This document shows, in pieces, positions 1-12,605 of a stretch of 64,000 nucleotides of DNA. The stretch comes from Lama glama (lineage: Eukaryota), in NCBI GenBank assembly GCA_028534125.1, contig CM052817.1, positions 77,192,001 to 77,256,000 on the forward strand, written 5' to 3'. The translations under genes were made by a program, and so were the position numbers. Every line of letters starts with the position of its first letter. Positions within the stretch are counted from its first letter, which is position 1. Below the pieces are notes generated by a model that made no database searches, was not told the origin of the DNA, and saw only the letters and a list, made by a program, of their open reading frames with translations.

Positions 1-160
1 TTGGAATCCTAACTCTGTTACTTAGTAGCCACTGGCCTTAATGAGTTCTCTAACTCTGTGCTTCAATTTCCTTATATCTAAAGTTGAATAATAAACAGGT
101 GGACGTGAGGATTAAAGAAATGAACACACATAAAGGAACGTCTAATTGTGCTCACTGAGT
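1..160 (+). mobile_element. MIR SINE fragment
   Basis: MIR core-like text: aatcctaactctgttactta...ctctgtgcttcaatttccttatatctaaa...gtgaggattaaa. Confidence 0.6.
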
Positions 161-974
161 GCTAAGTTTTGACTATTAGTATTCTCCCCAGTAACTCTAG
201 TAGCTGTTACAGATGATATGCAGTCTTTGAGGGGACAGGGAGTCTGAAGAGAGAGAGGAGACCCCAAGTCCAAGCCTTGATGAACCCCAAGACTAGAAGT
301 CAGGAAGACAACAAAGGGAACCAAAATGCTCCCTGCCTGTGAGGTAGGAAAAATACACCCGGCAGGTGTCATGGAAGCCACGGACGAGAGGCAGTCAAGA
401 AGGCCCAAGTCCTTGGTGACCTAGACTCTCACCTGGCCAGCTGGCACCGTGCAGCAAGGAGGGCTCCCTAGTGTGCATGACCCTCCACGTTCAGGTCCAG
501 TTAGATGCCCAAAGACGAAGAAAATGTCTTTGACGGCATAGTATTTAGGAACTTTCTTCCTGGTGTTTTAGCATCCCATTAAAAAATTTTTTTTCACCTC
601 TAAGTCTATTTCAACAAATAGAAGTATTTTTTTTTAAACAGAGAATGTCTTCATTAACCCAGGAGACACCATAAGAGATAGTAATCCTTCTGAAATACAA
701 CATATTCATTAAATATTCTTATAATTTTATTCATCAATTATACCTCCCTGTCTACACACACATACACACACACACAAATAATTGAGTAGTCCTGTTTTTG
801 AAGGTCTAAGAAAAAAGGAAGGGCTTCTGTAGAGATCCAGAATAGAGAAAATACGTATGTGGCCAGTAGGTAGAATCTTAGCAACATTAAAAGACTAAAG
901 TGTGTTATTTTCTCAAGTACAGCTTCCCCCTAGGTCAGATTCCAAAAATAAGCCATCACTTTAAACTCATCTGT

Positions 975-1474
975 NNNNNNNNNNNNNNNNNNNNNNNNNN
1001 NNNNNNNNNNNNNNNNNNNNNNNNNNNNNNNNNNNNNNNNNNNNNNNNNNNNNNNNNNNNNNNNNNNNNNNNNNNNNNNNNNNNNNNNNNNNNNNNNNNN
1101 NNNNNNNNNNNNNNNNNNNNNNNNNNNNNNNNNNNNNNNNNNNNNNNNNNNNNNNNNNNNNNNNNNNNNNNNNNNNNNNNNNNNNNNNNNNNNNNNNNNN
1201 NNNNNNNNNNNNNNNNNNNNNNNNNNNNNNNNNNNNNNNNNNNNNNNNNNNNNNNNNNNNNNNNNNNNNNNNNNNNNNNNNNNNNNNNNNNNNNNNNNNN
1301 NNNNNNNNNNNNNNNNNNNNNNNNNNNNNNNNNNNNNNNNNNNNNNNNNNNNNNNNNNNNNNNNNNNNNNNNNNNNNNNNNNNNNNNNNNNNNNNNNNNN
1401 NNNNNNNNNNNNNNNNNNNNNNNNNNNNNNNNNNNNNNNNNNNNNNNNNNNNNNNNNNNNNNNNNNNNNNNNNN
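975..1474. other. Assembly gap (500 N)
   Basis: Run of exactly 500 N. Confidence 0.99.
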
Positions 1475-4400
1475 AAAGAAAAACAAAGAAAGATACTATA
1501 TAATGATATAGGGATCAACACAAGAAGAGGATACTATACCAGTTAACATATATATACTCAGTATAGGAGCACCTAAATACACAAAACAAATACTAACAGA
1601 CAAAAAAGGAATACATCGATGAGAATACAATAATAGTAGGAGACTTTATTATCGCACTGACATCAATGGACAGATCTTCCAGGCAGAAAATCACTAAGGC
1701 AATAGAGATCCTAAACGACACAATAGAACAGTTGGACTTAATTGATATCTACAGGACACTACATCCAAAAAATCAGAATACACATTCAAGTACACATGGA
1801 ACATCCTCTAGGATAGACAACATACTAGGACATAAAACAAGCCTTAACAAATTTAAGAGGACAGAAATTATTTTAAGCATCTTTTTGGAGCACAATAATA
1901 TGAAAATAGAAATCTACTACAAAAAGAAAAATGAGAGGAAAAAATGATTACATGAAGACTAAGCAATATGCTACTAAAAAGCCAACAGGTCAACAATGAA
2001 ATCAGAGAGGAAATCAGAAAACACCTTAAGACAAATGACAATGAAAACACAACCTTACAAAATTTATGGGATGTAGCAAAAGCAATTCTAAGAGGGAAGC
2101 TCATTCCATTACAGGTCTTTCTCAAAAAACAAGAAAAATACTAAACAATCTAACATATCAAGAGAATTAGAAGAAGAACAAACAAAACCCAAAGTCAGCA
2201 GAAGGAAGGAAAGAATAAATATCATTAAGGAAATAAATAAAATAGAAATTAAAAAAATAGATGGAAAAACAAAAACCATGAAGTGGTTTTTTGAAAGGAT
2301 AAACAAAATTGACAAACCTCTGGCCAGACTCACCAGGAAGAACAGAGAGCACCCAAATAAAGAAAATAAGAAATCAAAGAGAAGAAATTACAACTAACAC
2401 CAAAGAAATACAAAAAAAAATAATAATAACCTCTAAGAGATTACTGTGAACAGTTATACGCCAACAAATTAGACAACCTAAAAGAAATGGACAAGATTCC
2501 AGAAACACACAGCCTGCCAAAACTGAGTCAAGAAGCAATAGATAATTTGAAGAGATCGATCACTAGATGTGAAATGGAAACTGTAATTTAAAAAAACTCC
2601 CTGCAAACAAAAGTCCACTACTGGATGGCTTCACTGTGGAATTCTACCACACACACAAAACACTGATACCTATCCTTCTCAAACTATTCCAAAACACTGA
2701 ATAGACAAGAACACTCCCAAAGTCATTCTGTGAAGCCACCATCACTCTGAAACCAAAACCAAAGACATAACAAAAAGGAAAAAGAAAATTATAGGCCAAT
2801 ATCTTTAATGAATACAGATGCAAAAATTCTCAGCAAAACATTAGCAAACCAAATCCAACAATACATAAAAAGAATTATATACCATGATCAAGTTGGATTC
2901 ATTCCACAGTTGCAAGGATGGTTCAACATATGCAAATCAATCAATGTGATATACTACATCAACAAAAGAAAAGACACAACAACATGATCATTTCAATAGA
3001 TACAGAAAAATCACTTGATAAAATTCAACATCCATTCATGATTAAAAACTCTCACCAAAGTGGGTATAGAAGGAACTTATCTCAACATAGTAAAAGTCAT
3101 TTATGACAAACCCACAGCCAATATAATACTCATTGGTAAAAAGCTAAATGCCTTCCTGCTAGTTCTGGAACAAGACAAGGATGCCCTCTCTCACCACCTC
3201 TATTCAACATAGTATTGGAAATCCTAGCCACAGCAGTCAGAAAAGAATAAAAAATAAAAGAGATCCAAATTGGGTGGGAAGAGGTAAAATTGTCATTATA
3301 TGCCGAAGACATGATGCTCTACATAGAAAACCCTAAACACTCCACACAAAAACTATTAGAATAAATGAATTCAACAAGGTAGCAGGATACAAGATGAATA
3401 CACAGGAATCTGCTGCATTTCTTTACTCTGACAACTCATAAAGAGAAAGTAAAACAGAAATCTTGTTTAAAATCACGTCCAAAAAAAAAAAAAATCCTAG
3501 TGATAAACCTGACCAAGGAGGTGAAAGACCTATACGCTAAGAACTTTAAAACATTGATAAAGGAAACTGAAAATGATTTGAAGAACTGGAAAGATATCCT
3601 GTGCTCTTGGATTGGAAGAATATTGTTTAAATGGCCATACAACCCAAAGCAATCTACAGATTTAATGCAATCCCTATCAATTACCCAGGGCATTTTTCAC
3701 AGAACTAGAACAAATAATCCTAAAATGTATATAGAACCACAAAAGACCCAGAATTACCAAAGCAATCCTGAGGAAAAAGGACAGAGTTGGAGGCATAACC
3801 CTCCAAGACTTAAAACAATACTACAAAACTACTATAATCAAAACAGTGTGGTACTGGCACAAAAATAGACATTATGGATCAATGGAACAAAACAGAGAGC
3901 CCAGAAATAAACCCATACACCTAAGGTCAATTAATCTTTGACAAAAGGAGGCAAGACTATACAATGGAGACAAGACAGTTTCTTCAGCAAGTGGTGTTGG
4001 GAAAGCTGGAGAGCCTCCAGCAAATCATTGAGGTTAGAACACTCCCTCATACCATACACAAAAATAAACCCAAAATGGTTTAAAGACCTAAATGTAATAC
4101 ATGACACCATAAAACTCCTAGAAGAGAACATAGGTAAAACATTCTCGGACATAAATCATAGCCTGTAGCAATGTTATCCTATGTCAGTCTCTCATGGCAA
4201 TAGAAATAATAGCAAAAATAAACAAATGAGACTTAATCAAACTTATAAGCTTTTGCACAGCAAAGGAAACCATAAACAAAATGAAAAGATAACCACCTAT
4301 GGAATGGGAGAAAACATTTGCAAATGATGCAACTGACAAGGGCTTAATTTCCAGAATATACGAACAGTTCATACAACTCAATAACAAAAAACAAACAACC

Positions 4401-4890
4401 CAACCCAAAAATGGGCAGAAGACTTAGACATTTCTCCAGCAAAGACATACAGATGGTCAACAGGCACATGAGAAGATACTCAATATTGTTAATTATCAGA
4501 GAAGTGCAAATCAAAATTACAACGAGGTACCATCTCACATCAGTCAGAATGGCCATCATTAAAAAGTCCATGAACAATAAGTGCTGGCAAGGATATGAAG
4601 AAAAGAGAATCTTCCTACACTGTTGGTAAGAATGCAATTTGGTGCAGCCACTATGGAAAACAGTATGGAGATTTAAAAAATTAAAAATAGAGTTAACAAT
4701 ATGATCCAGCAATCCCACTCCTGGGCATATATCTGGAGAAAACTCTTAATTCAAAAAGACACATGCACCCCAGCATTCATGACAACACTATTTAAAATAG
4801 CCAAGACATGGAAGCAAACTAAATGTCCATCAACAGATGACTGGATAAAGAAATTGGGGGAGGGGTGTATATTTCAACTTTTTTAAAAAA
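1475..4890 (+). mobile_element. LINE-1, decayed ORF2 (endonuclease C-terminal part, RT, C-terminal domain), 5' end in gap
   Basis: Broken frames give L1 ORF2 peptides (MDRSSRQKI...[27 protein letters not shown] for YADD; KDLYAKNFKTLIKE; QKDTCTPAF...CPSTDDWIKK). A-rich, with many stops and frameshifts. Confidence 0.96.
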
Positions 4891-6747
4891 GAAACTATGA
4901 ATAATATGAAAACTGTCTTTCTCCAAACTTTGAAATGTTACCTGCTCCACTTCCCCTCCCATCTCATCCAATCCAGGCCCCACCTGGCACTGGTATCACC
5001 GGTTTTACAGATTTAGCCTGCTTTTAAATCTACACATTTCTGTGTTTCTAATTTCACAGGATTTGAATTCTTATAAATTAAGGATGTAGAGTATGCTCCA
5101 AACACAAGTACTATAAGATAAAAACTAGACTAAAAAGTTACCATGGCCAAAGACAAGAAGCAAACAAAAAAATCAAAACACTGTAGTTACATTCTATATT
5201 TCAACCACAAGGTTAATCTGGTTCATTCAAAACTGGAGTAGTTTTCATATTATCAATATTTATTGTCATCATTTCAATCAATGAAGTGTTCAATGTAACA
5301 GCAATGTAAAAGTCATAATAATCTATATATTTAACATAGTTAGCGTTCAGTCTTCAAATAGACTCTATTTCCAGAAAATTTATTTCAAAGTAGCCATTTG
5401 CAACTTACAAAGCACTGCCTCCCAAGAAACAATGTCCTTGGTGGTAATTACATTTCCAAATTAATCAACATCTTGGCTAGAATACTACAAAGAGAGTAAG
5501 AAATCTCACAGTTCTAGTAATTTCTAAAAATAGACTTTGTTTTTAAACCTCGAATACATGTTCTTGTAAAACAGCTTAGAGATAAAATAACACACAGAAA
5601 TATCAACAGAGATTTTGCCTGTGCCTCAGTTCTTAAAGGGTTTCTATTTGATGACAGTGACTCTTGCTAATGCCAAAGCTACTTCAAATCATATAGATTT
5701 CTTTTTCCTTCAGAAAATGTACCACTAAAATTACTTTCACACTTATCTGCTATGAATCAAGTATTCTGGTTTCATAAAATAGAATCAGGGAAGAGAAAAA
5801 AACAAACTGATTGTCTTGAGATAAGTGAACAAGAAGGAAAAGGGAGAAACAAGATAGTAAGTTGCGTGTGCACAGCTAAGGCGGGCTGCTTAAAGTAGAG
5901 TTATTTGAACACTGGTGTGGTGGTGCGGTGAGAGAAAGGGGAGTAGGAAGAGCTTCACCTCTGAATAATCTCCCTGCAGATGCAGAGAATGAGGAAGAGA
6001 TCTGATGTGATGCCAGGTTCCGCACTTTCAAAATGTGGATAAGACCACCATCCAAAAAGGCTGCAGTGAGCACTCAGCTCAGGTCGGGCATGCAACAGGA
6101 GTTCAGTACACATGATTTTACATCTTTCTTTCCAGAAGGAAGAATTAATTTAGTTAGCAAAAGCATCCTACTTTGGTAATAGGAACATAAACAGGCTCCA
6201 TATGGCATTGCTATTTTATTACTTTTAAGATAAATATGATATTGGACTGATTTGTATGTGTGTATTTTAAGGGGCTTGAATAAATCACATCATTTACTTG
6301 CTTACTGCTTTTGCGGTTAACATTCATTCAACAAATATGTGAGTGCATATGATGTGGTATTCCTTGTTCTCTGTTTTAGGGACACAATACTGAACAAAAC
6401 CAAATCCTGGATCCCCTCGAGCTTCCATCTGTTCTAGGATGGAAGACAGGCCATAAACACACGTACAAGTAAGATAGCTCCTTTGTCAGGTAGTAAGTCC
6501 TGTGGTTATGAAGTGACGTGGACAGGGGGCACAGGGGGATTGAGGACGAGCAATAAGGACGTGAAGGAAATGCAGGAGTGAGCCATGTCCTGTTGTATGT
6601 AGGGGAAGAGAATCCAGGCAGAGGGAACAGCAAGTGCAAAGGCCTAGAGGCAGAAGTATGCTTGGTGTGTCTGAGGAGTAACAAGGAGCTGGTGTGACTG
6701 AAGCAAAGTGATGGAGAACAGTGGTAAGAGACCAGGTCAGAACGGGG

Positions 6748-6800
6748 TGTGTGTGTGTGTGTGTGTGCATGTGTGTGTGTGTGTGTGTGTGCATGTGTGT
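6748..6800. repeat. (TG)n microsatellite with two CA interruptions
   Basis: Seen directly. Confidence 0.95.
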
Positions 6801-7937
6801 GGCAGGGGTGGGAGATGTCAGGGTTGGCAAATAACGTAGGGTCTCGCAAGCCATGGTAAGAACTGTGGTTTTTAACTAGGATTATTGTGGGGGTGTTATG
6901 AGCCAGGACATGATCTGACTTAGCATCTGAATGGATCACAGACTGGAAGAGCAGAAAGACCAATTAAGAGGCTCTTATGATAATACAGGTGGATATATGG
7001 TAGAGGCTTGGACCAGGATGAGCACCAAAGGCAGAAGCAGTAGAATTAGCCAAAGGACTAAACGTGAGATGTGCAAGAAAGAGGATCAAGGATGACTCCC
7101 AGTTTTTTGACCAGATGAACCAGAATAATTGGGGCTGGAATCTGGACTTCAGGGACAAGGTCTGGACCAGAAAAATCTGCATTCCTATTTAAAGCCACGA
7201 GAATGGATTCATTTAGAGTACTCTAAATGAATGGGTCCAAAGACTTTGGGACACTTTTAACACTAGGAGGTCAGAGAGATAAGGTGAAACCAACTAAGGA
7301 GACAAGAAAGATCACCAGTGAAGTAAAAAGAGCTGTAAATGAGTGAGTGGCGTTGCTATTACTTTTAAGATAAAATAACATTGGACTGATTTGTACATGT
7401 GTATTTTAAGGGCCTTGGATGAATGACATGATACACTGCTAACTGCTTTGGTTCTTAATATTCATTTAACAAAAAATATGAGTGCACACTGTGTATGTGT
7501 TGGGGACACTGTAATCCCACTGAAAAGGTGTTTCAAGGAGGATGGAATGAACAGATGTGTCATATCTCTTGCTGACAGGACAGGACAGAAGAGATCTGAG
7601 AATTTACCATTAGATTTGGAAGTGGGAGGTCACCAGAGACCTGGACAAGCACAGTATGGGTGGGGCTGAGATCTAAACTGGAGCAGGTTCAGGAGGGAAT
7701 AGGAGGAAATGAACCGAAGACAGTGGGTAAAGGCAAGTCTTCTGGAGGTTTCTTGCTGTAGAAGAGAGACACAAAATGAGGAGGAAACTGGTTAGATACC
7801 GGGAAGGGACAAAGGAGGCTTCTTTTATTAACAATGAGAGGTGGTACAGAATGTTTATATTCTGATAATAATGATCTAGACAGGGAAAAAATGAAGTTCA
7901 TCTTCAAATAAGTAAAGATAACACAGGAGAGAAGGGA

Positions 7938-9123
7938 TGTGATGGTTAATTTTATGTGTCAACTTGGCTAGACCGTGGTACCCAGTTTCAAATGCCACTC
8001 TAGATCTTGCTTTGAAGGTGGTTTTTAAAATGATTAACATTTTGCTGGAGAGGGTGTGGAGAAGAGGAAAATCTGCTACACTGTTGGTAGGAATGTAATT
8101 TGGTGTGACCACTATGGAGAACAGTAATGGTGATTCCTTAAAAAACTAAAAATAGACTTACCATATGACCCAGCAATCCCACCCTAGGCATATATCCAGA
8201 GAAAATTCTAATTCAAAAAGATATATTCACCCCAATGTTCACAGTAGCACTATTTACGACAGCCAAGACATGGAAGCAACCTAAATGTCCATCAACAGAT
8301 GAATGGATAAAGAAGATGTGGCATATATACAATGGAATACTATTCGGCTATAAAAAAGAATGAAATATGCCATGTGCAGCAACGTGGATGGACCTAGACA
8401 GACATCATCATACTAAGTGAAGTAAGTCAGACAGAGAAAGACAAACAGCGTATGATATCATTTATATGTGGAATCTAAAAAAAATGACACAGATGAACCT
8501 ATTTATGAAACAGAAACAGACTCACAGACATAGAAAACAAACTTACAGTTACCAAAGGGGAAAAGGAGGGAAAGGGATAAATTGAAAGTTTGGGATCAGC
8601 AGATACAAACTACTATGTACAGAATAAACAACAAGGTCCTACTGTATAGCACAGGGAACTCTATTCAATACCTTGTAATAGCCTATAATGAAAAAGAATA
8701 TATATATATATATGTACAACTGAATCACTATGCTGTAATCAGAAACTAACACAACTTTGTAAATCAGCTATATTTCAATTTTGAAAAAAAAATGTGATTA
8801 ACATTTAATTGTAGACTTTGAGTGAAGCAGAGAACCCTCCATAATGTGGGTGGGCCTCATCCAATCTGTTGAAGGTCTTAAAATACTGAGTTCCCAGAGG
8901 AAGAGGGAATTCTGCCTCCAGATGCCTTCAGACTGGAGCTGCAGCATCAGCTCTTCCCCATGCCTCCAGCATGCTGGTCAGCCCAGTAGATTCTGGACTT
9001 GCCAGTCTCCAAAAACTGAGTAAACCAATTCTTTAAAATAAATTTCTTTCCATACATGGACACATAACTTACTGGTTCTGTTTTTGGGTTTTTGTTTTTT
9101 TTTTGAGAACTCTGACTGATACA
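7938..9123 (+). mobile_element. MLT2-type (ERVL) solo LTR, split by an L1
   Basis: Starts TGTGATGGTTAATTTTATGTGTCAACTTG and ends gagaactctgactgataCA. 5-bp TSD aggga/gggga (1 mismatch). Confidence 0.85.
8043..8792 (+). mobile_element. 5'-truncated LINE-1 (end of ORF2, 3'UTR, A tail)
   Basis: Matches the 3' part of the L1 at 4580-4850. Flanked by tgattaacattt at 8031-8042 and 8795-8806, at a TTTT/AAAA site. Confidence 0.93.
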
Positions 9124-9442
9124 GGGGATGTTTTCTGGAGGACTGTTCTTGACAGGCCATAAGGGATGTGATCTAGGGCATAAGTGGAGATGATGGCATG
9201 GTTAGGAGTATGGACAAGCTTAACCCCAGTAACAGGAGGAAGGGGAAGAAATGGGCACAGATGCAGTCTCCTTCCATGGAGCATGCAGAGGTTCTCTTTG
9301 GATTGCTTCTATTTTCTCGGTGGAATAAGAAGCAAGGTTATCATTAAAGAGTCAGAATAGGGGAAGGTAGTGTTAGGGTTTTCAAGAGAGAAGAAATGAT
9401 AGTCATCCAGGAAAATGGGAGGGTCAGTTGAGTTGGGTGATA

Positions 9443-9605
9443 GTCTCTGAACTTGCTATACATTAGAGTTAACAGAGGAACTGTGAAAAATCCCAGTGCC
9501 CAGGCCAATTAAATCAGAATTTGGGAGGCTGGGAGCAAAGCATCAGTCATTTTAAATGCTCCAGCCCAGTTATTCTTTTGTGCAGCCAGGTTTCATAAAC
9601 ACACA
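9443..9605. mobile_element. MER5-like hAT-Charlie DNA transposon remnant
   Basis: cattagagt...cccaggccaattaaatcagaat...catcagtcattttaaatgctcc...gtgcagccagg resembles MER5A/B. Confidence 0.6.
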
Positions 9606-10467
9606 ACTAAAGGCTCACTTTAGTTTAACGGTTATGAATTGAAAACAAGACCAGAAGGTACGGTGGGCATCTAAGTTGCCTTCAGCATCTGTGATGGAAT
9701 AGGTGGAGAGCTGGTTTAACAACACATGGGAATTTTTTAGGTGAATTCAGTGGAGGGAGGGGGCAAAGGAGTTGACGGTAGAAGATGCAAGGGACAGATT
9801 TATAATCATGGATCACTAATCTAAGCAGCATGAGAGGAGTGAGAAGATAAGGTGACATGAGTCAAGAAAGGGGGGTAGGTGGTAAATCCTGAGGGGTGGG
9901 TTATTATTGGCGTTTTGAGTCCTAAAGAGAATGAGCTGAAAAGACAGGAGGCAGGATGGTTGGAGGAGTGGATGCTTTCACCTGAGACTTGGAAGGTGCA
10001 CAGTGATTGCTAATGACAGGACCTATGGTAGGACCCTGGGTAACTGAAGTGGGTAGATGAAAAGCACATTGGAAGAAAAGAAGACCAATAAGTGAGAGGC
10101 CAGGGAAATGGAAAGCTCTACAGATGGATAGAAAAATTGCCAATAATTGTAATAGGAACAGGACTGGAGAGATTAACAATGAACCAGGAGCTAAAAACTT
10201 CAGAGAACTAAGTGGCATGAGGCAAACAGTCTGCAGATGTTATGCATAAGCAGAGAAACAAGAAGATAAAACGTAAATCATGTAAAATGTAAATACATGA
10301 GGCTTCTCCGACTGGAATAATCAAATAATAAATATTAAACTAGAAAAGTAATGGCTGGTAATATGATCATCAAAAGGGCACCAAGAGTGACTAAAATTTA
10401 ATTTCTAACATAGCATCAGACACTTAATCACAAATCTTCAAGCTCATACTCAAATAAATACAGAATA

Positions 10468-11482
10468 AGTGGGAGATTACAAAAATAGCCAAAATCCTCC
10501 ACCTGTCCCTGTACCGGTGCTCTTCTTAAGGACTTTGCAGCTCACCCCATCAAGAGGCAGGGTCTATTTTTCTACCTCTTGACTCTGAGGTGGTCTTGTG
10601 ACTTGCTTTGGCTAACAGAATGTCGCAGATGAGGAAATGTGCCAGTTCCAAGCCACGGCCCCCAAAGGCCTTACATATTCCTACCTTCCTTCTTGGGTCT
10701 CTGGCACTGCCAAGGGAACAAACCCAGGATGTCCTGCTCAGTGACAGGACTCAGTCATCCCCAGCGAACAGATGGGTACCAATTACCAGATGCATGAATG
10801 ACACCATTTATAGTGGGCTGGATGGTAACCCCTAAAAGATATGTCTGTATCCTAATCCCTGAAACCTGTGACTATCACTTCATATGGCAAAAGAATTGAT
10901 TAAATTAAGGATCGCAAGAGAAGGGGCTTATCCTAGATTATCACAGTGGGCCCTTAGTGAAATCAAATGAAATATTATGTAGAGGAACATGGAGTTTTGA
11001 GGTGGATACTCAAAGGAAAAGATACAGAGAAGAGGAGGAGGTGATATGACAACAGAGTCAAAGATTGAAGTGATGGGGCCACAAGCCAAGGAATGCCCGA
11101 AGCCACCAAACACTGGGAGACATAAGGGATGGATTCTCCCAGAGAGCCTTTGGAGGGAGGACAGCCCTGCCAACATGTTGATTTCAGACCTGTGGCCTCC
11201 AGAACTGGAAGAAAATGAATTTCTGTCTTTTTAAGCCACCCAGTTTGTGGTACCTGGTTACAGCAACTACAGAAAACTCTTACACCATCTTAGACCATTC
11301 AGGCTCCAGCCAGGCCTCTAGCTGACCCCAGAAGCACAGAGCAAGCCCAGCCAAAATCAGCTGAGCCTGGCCCAGATTAGCAGAACTGCCCGGAGGACCT
11401 ACTGACTCATGTGCATTGATAAACAGTGATTGTAAGCTACTGAGTTTGGTCGTGGCTTGTTACATGCAAAAGTTAAGTAATA
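10468..11482 (+). mobile_element. MLT1F-like MaLR LTR containing a nested MLT1C/D-like LTR
   Basis: gactttgcagctcaccccatcaagagg...cttgtgacttgctttggc motifs. The sequence resumes at 11285 after the nested LTR. Confidence 0.75.
10809..11284 (+). mobile_element. MLT1C/D-like MaLR LTR
   Basis: cctaatccctgaaacctgtgac...ccacaagccaaggaatgc...ttaagccacccagtttgtggta...taCA. TSD ccatt/ccatc. Confidence 0.85.
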
Positions 11483-11563
11483 AGGTAGCTCTTCGTGCTC
11501 TTTACTCTCTTTCTAAATTTTTCTACTCATGTTTATAGAACCACATCAGAAATGAAAGTTTCC

Positions 11564-11987
11564 TGTAGACAATTTAATTCCAAAGGACTTCACATCCCTG
11601 CTCAATGCCATAAGACTTGCAGTTTCTCCTGAGGGAAGAGTTTTCATCCTCACCCCACTGACATCGGGCTCTGTTAAATGACTTGCTCTGGCCAAGGGCA
11701 TGAGTTGTTGTGACACGTGCCACATCTGATTGAAAGCTTTAAGAACTATTACACCTTTTGGCCAGTTTTCCTCCTTTTTTCCCTCTGTTATGAGAATACA
11801 TGTCCCCAGCAGGGGTGCTTTCACCTTGGATTCTAGAGTGATAAGGGCACATGGAGCAGAACTTAAAACCAAACTGCACCTACTGCAGCCCACATGTAAC
11901 CTACGGGATAAGTAAATCTTTGTGGGTGTAAGCAAAGTTGGGGATCATCTGTTATGCAGACTAACCTAATAAAAGCTGACTGATACA
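11564..11987 (+). mobile_element. Old MLT1 (H/I/J-like) LTR
   Basis: tgacttgctctggccaa...gtgacacgtgccac...aataaaagctgactgataCA terminus. Confidence 0.65.
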
Positions 11988-12477
11988 GTAACTCAAGAGT
12001 AATCCTTCAAAGAAAACCACTTGGGTGCAGAATTAAATTACAGCTCTAATTTTATTTAAAACAATTTTTTAACATGTAAAATACTTTGTACTTTCCTTCC
12101 TATGGGGATCCTGAAAAGGGTCCTTTAGTTATTTAAAATAGCATTTTTATATAGAATATACTCTTACTGATTATTCATTAAATATCAATAAATACTGACA
12201 ATATATGTGAATATAAACATCAATAGATACTGCCAAGTTTATATGATACCAAAAAATCTACACAGGCTGTCTCTCTCATGGAGCCACTGGTATGCCATAT
12301 CCCACCCTCCCCACCCCCATACATATCCAGAAGGAAGCAAGCCTTATCTATGTGATGGGTATTGTGCTTTGACAATAAAGGACAGGATAAATGCTCACAA
12401 ACTGAAGAGTGTCTGAGAACAATGAATGAAGAATGGTCCTTTGTGAGGGAGACTGTGGGAGTAAGAAGAGCACTTAC

Positions 12478-12605
12478 TGGGCTGGGGACCACGGCAGGCT
12501 CTAGCTTCTTCTGGGGCTGCGGTGGACCCGCCATCTGTGCAGGACCTCCAGGGAAGCCTCCTGGGTAGGAGAGCGGCGCACCTCCCATCTGGGGGCCAGA
12601 GTTGG
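12478..12605 (-). CDS. SEC24D: SEC24D internal coding exon (probably exon 6), end of N-terminal low-complexity region
   Basis: 128 bp, or 131 bp with the upstream AG. Encodes [49 protein letters not shown] tandem acceptor and GTAAGT donor. Confidence 0.94.

Larger units (their letters stand above)
6321..10230 (-). mobile_element. LINE-2 remnant, interrupted by younger insertions
   Basis: cattcattcaacaaata 3' tail and the L2 motif ggcagagggaacagcaagtgcaaaggcctagagg. Purine-rich L2-like sequence continues on both sides of the MLT2 and MER5 inserts. Far boundary is approximate. Confidence 0.75.

Noticed and set aside
900..1521. Long ORFs containing X runs (also at 16875-17534 and 33764-34396)
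   Set aside because: Artefacts of translating through N gaps.
1666..4886. ORFs with reverse transcriptase/endonuclease similarity
   Set aside because: Fragments of a dead L1 ORF2 with many stops and frameshifts, not a functional gene or novel RT system.
6376..6963. 195-aa ORF with His-Thr repeats
   Set aside because: It reads through L2 sequence and a (CA)n microsatellite, with no other sign of coding function.
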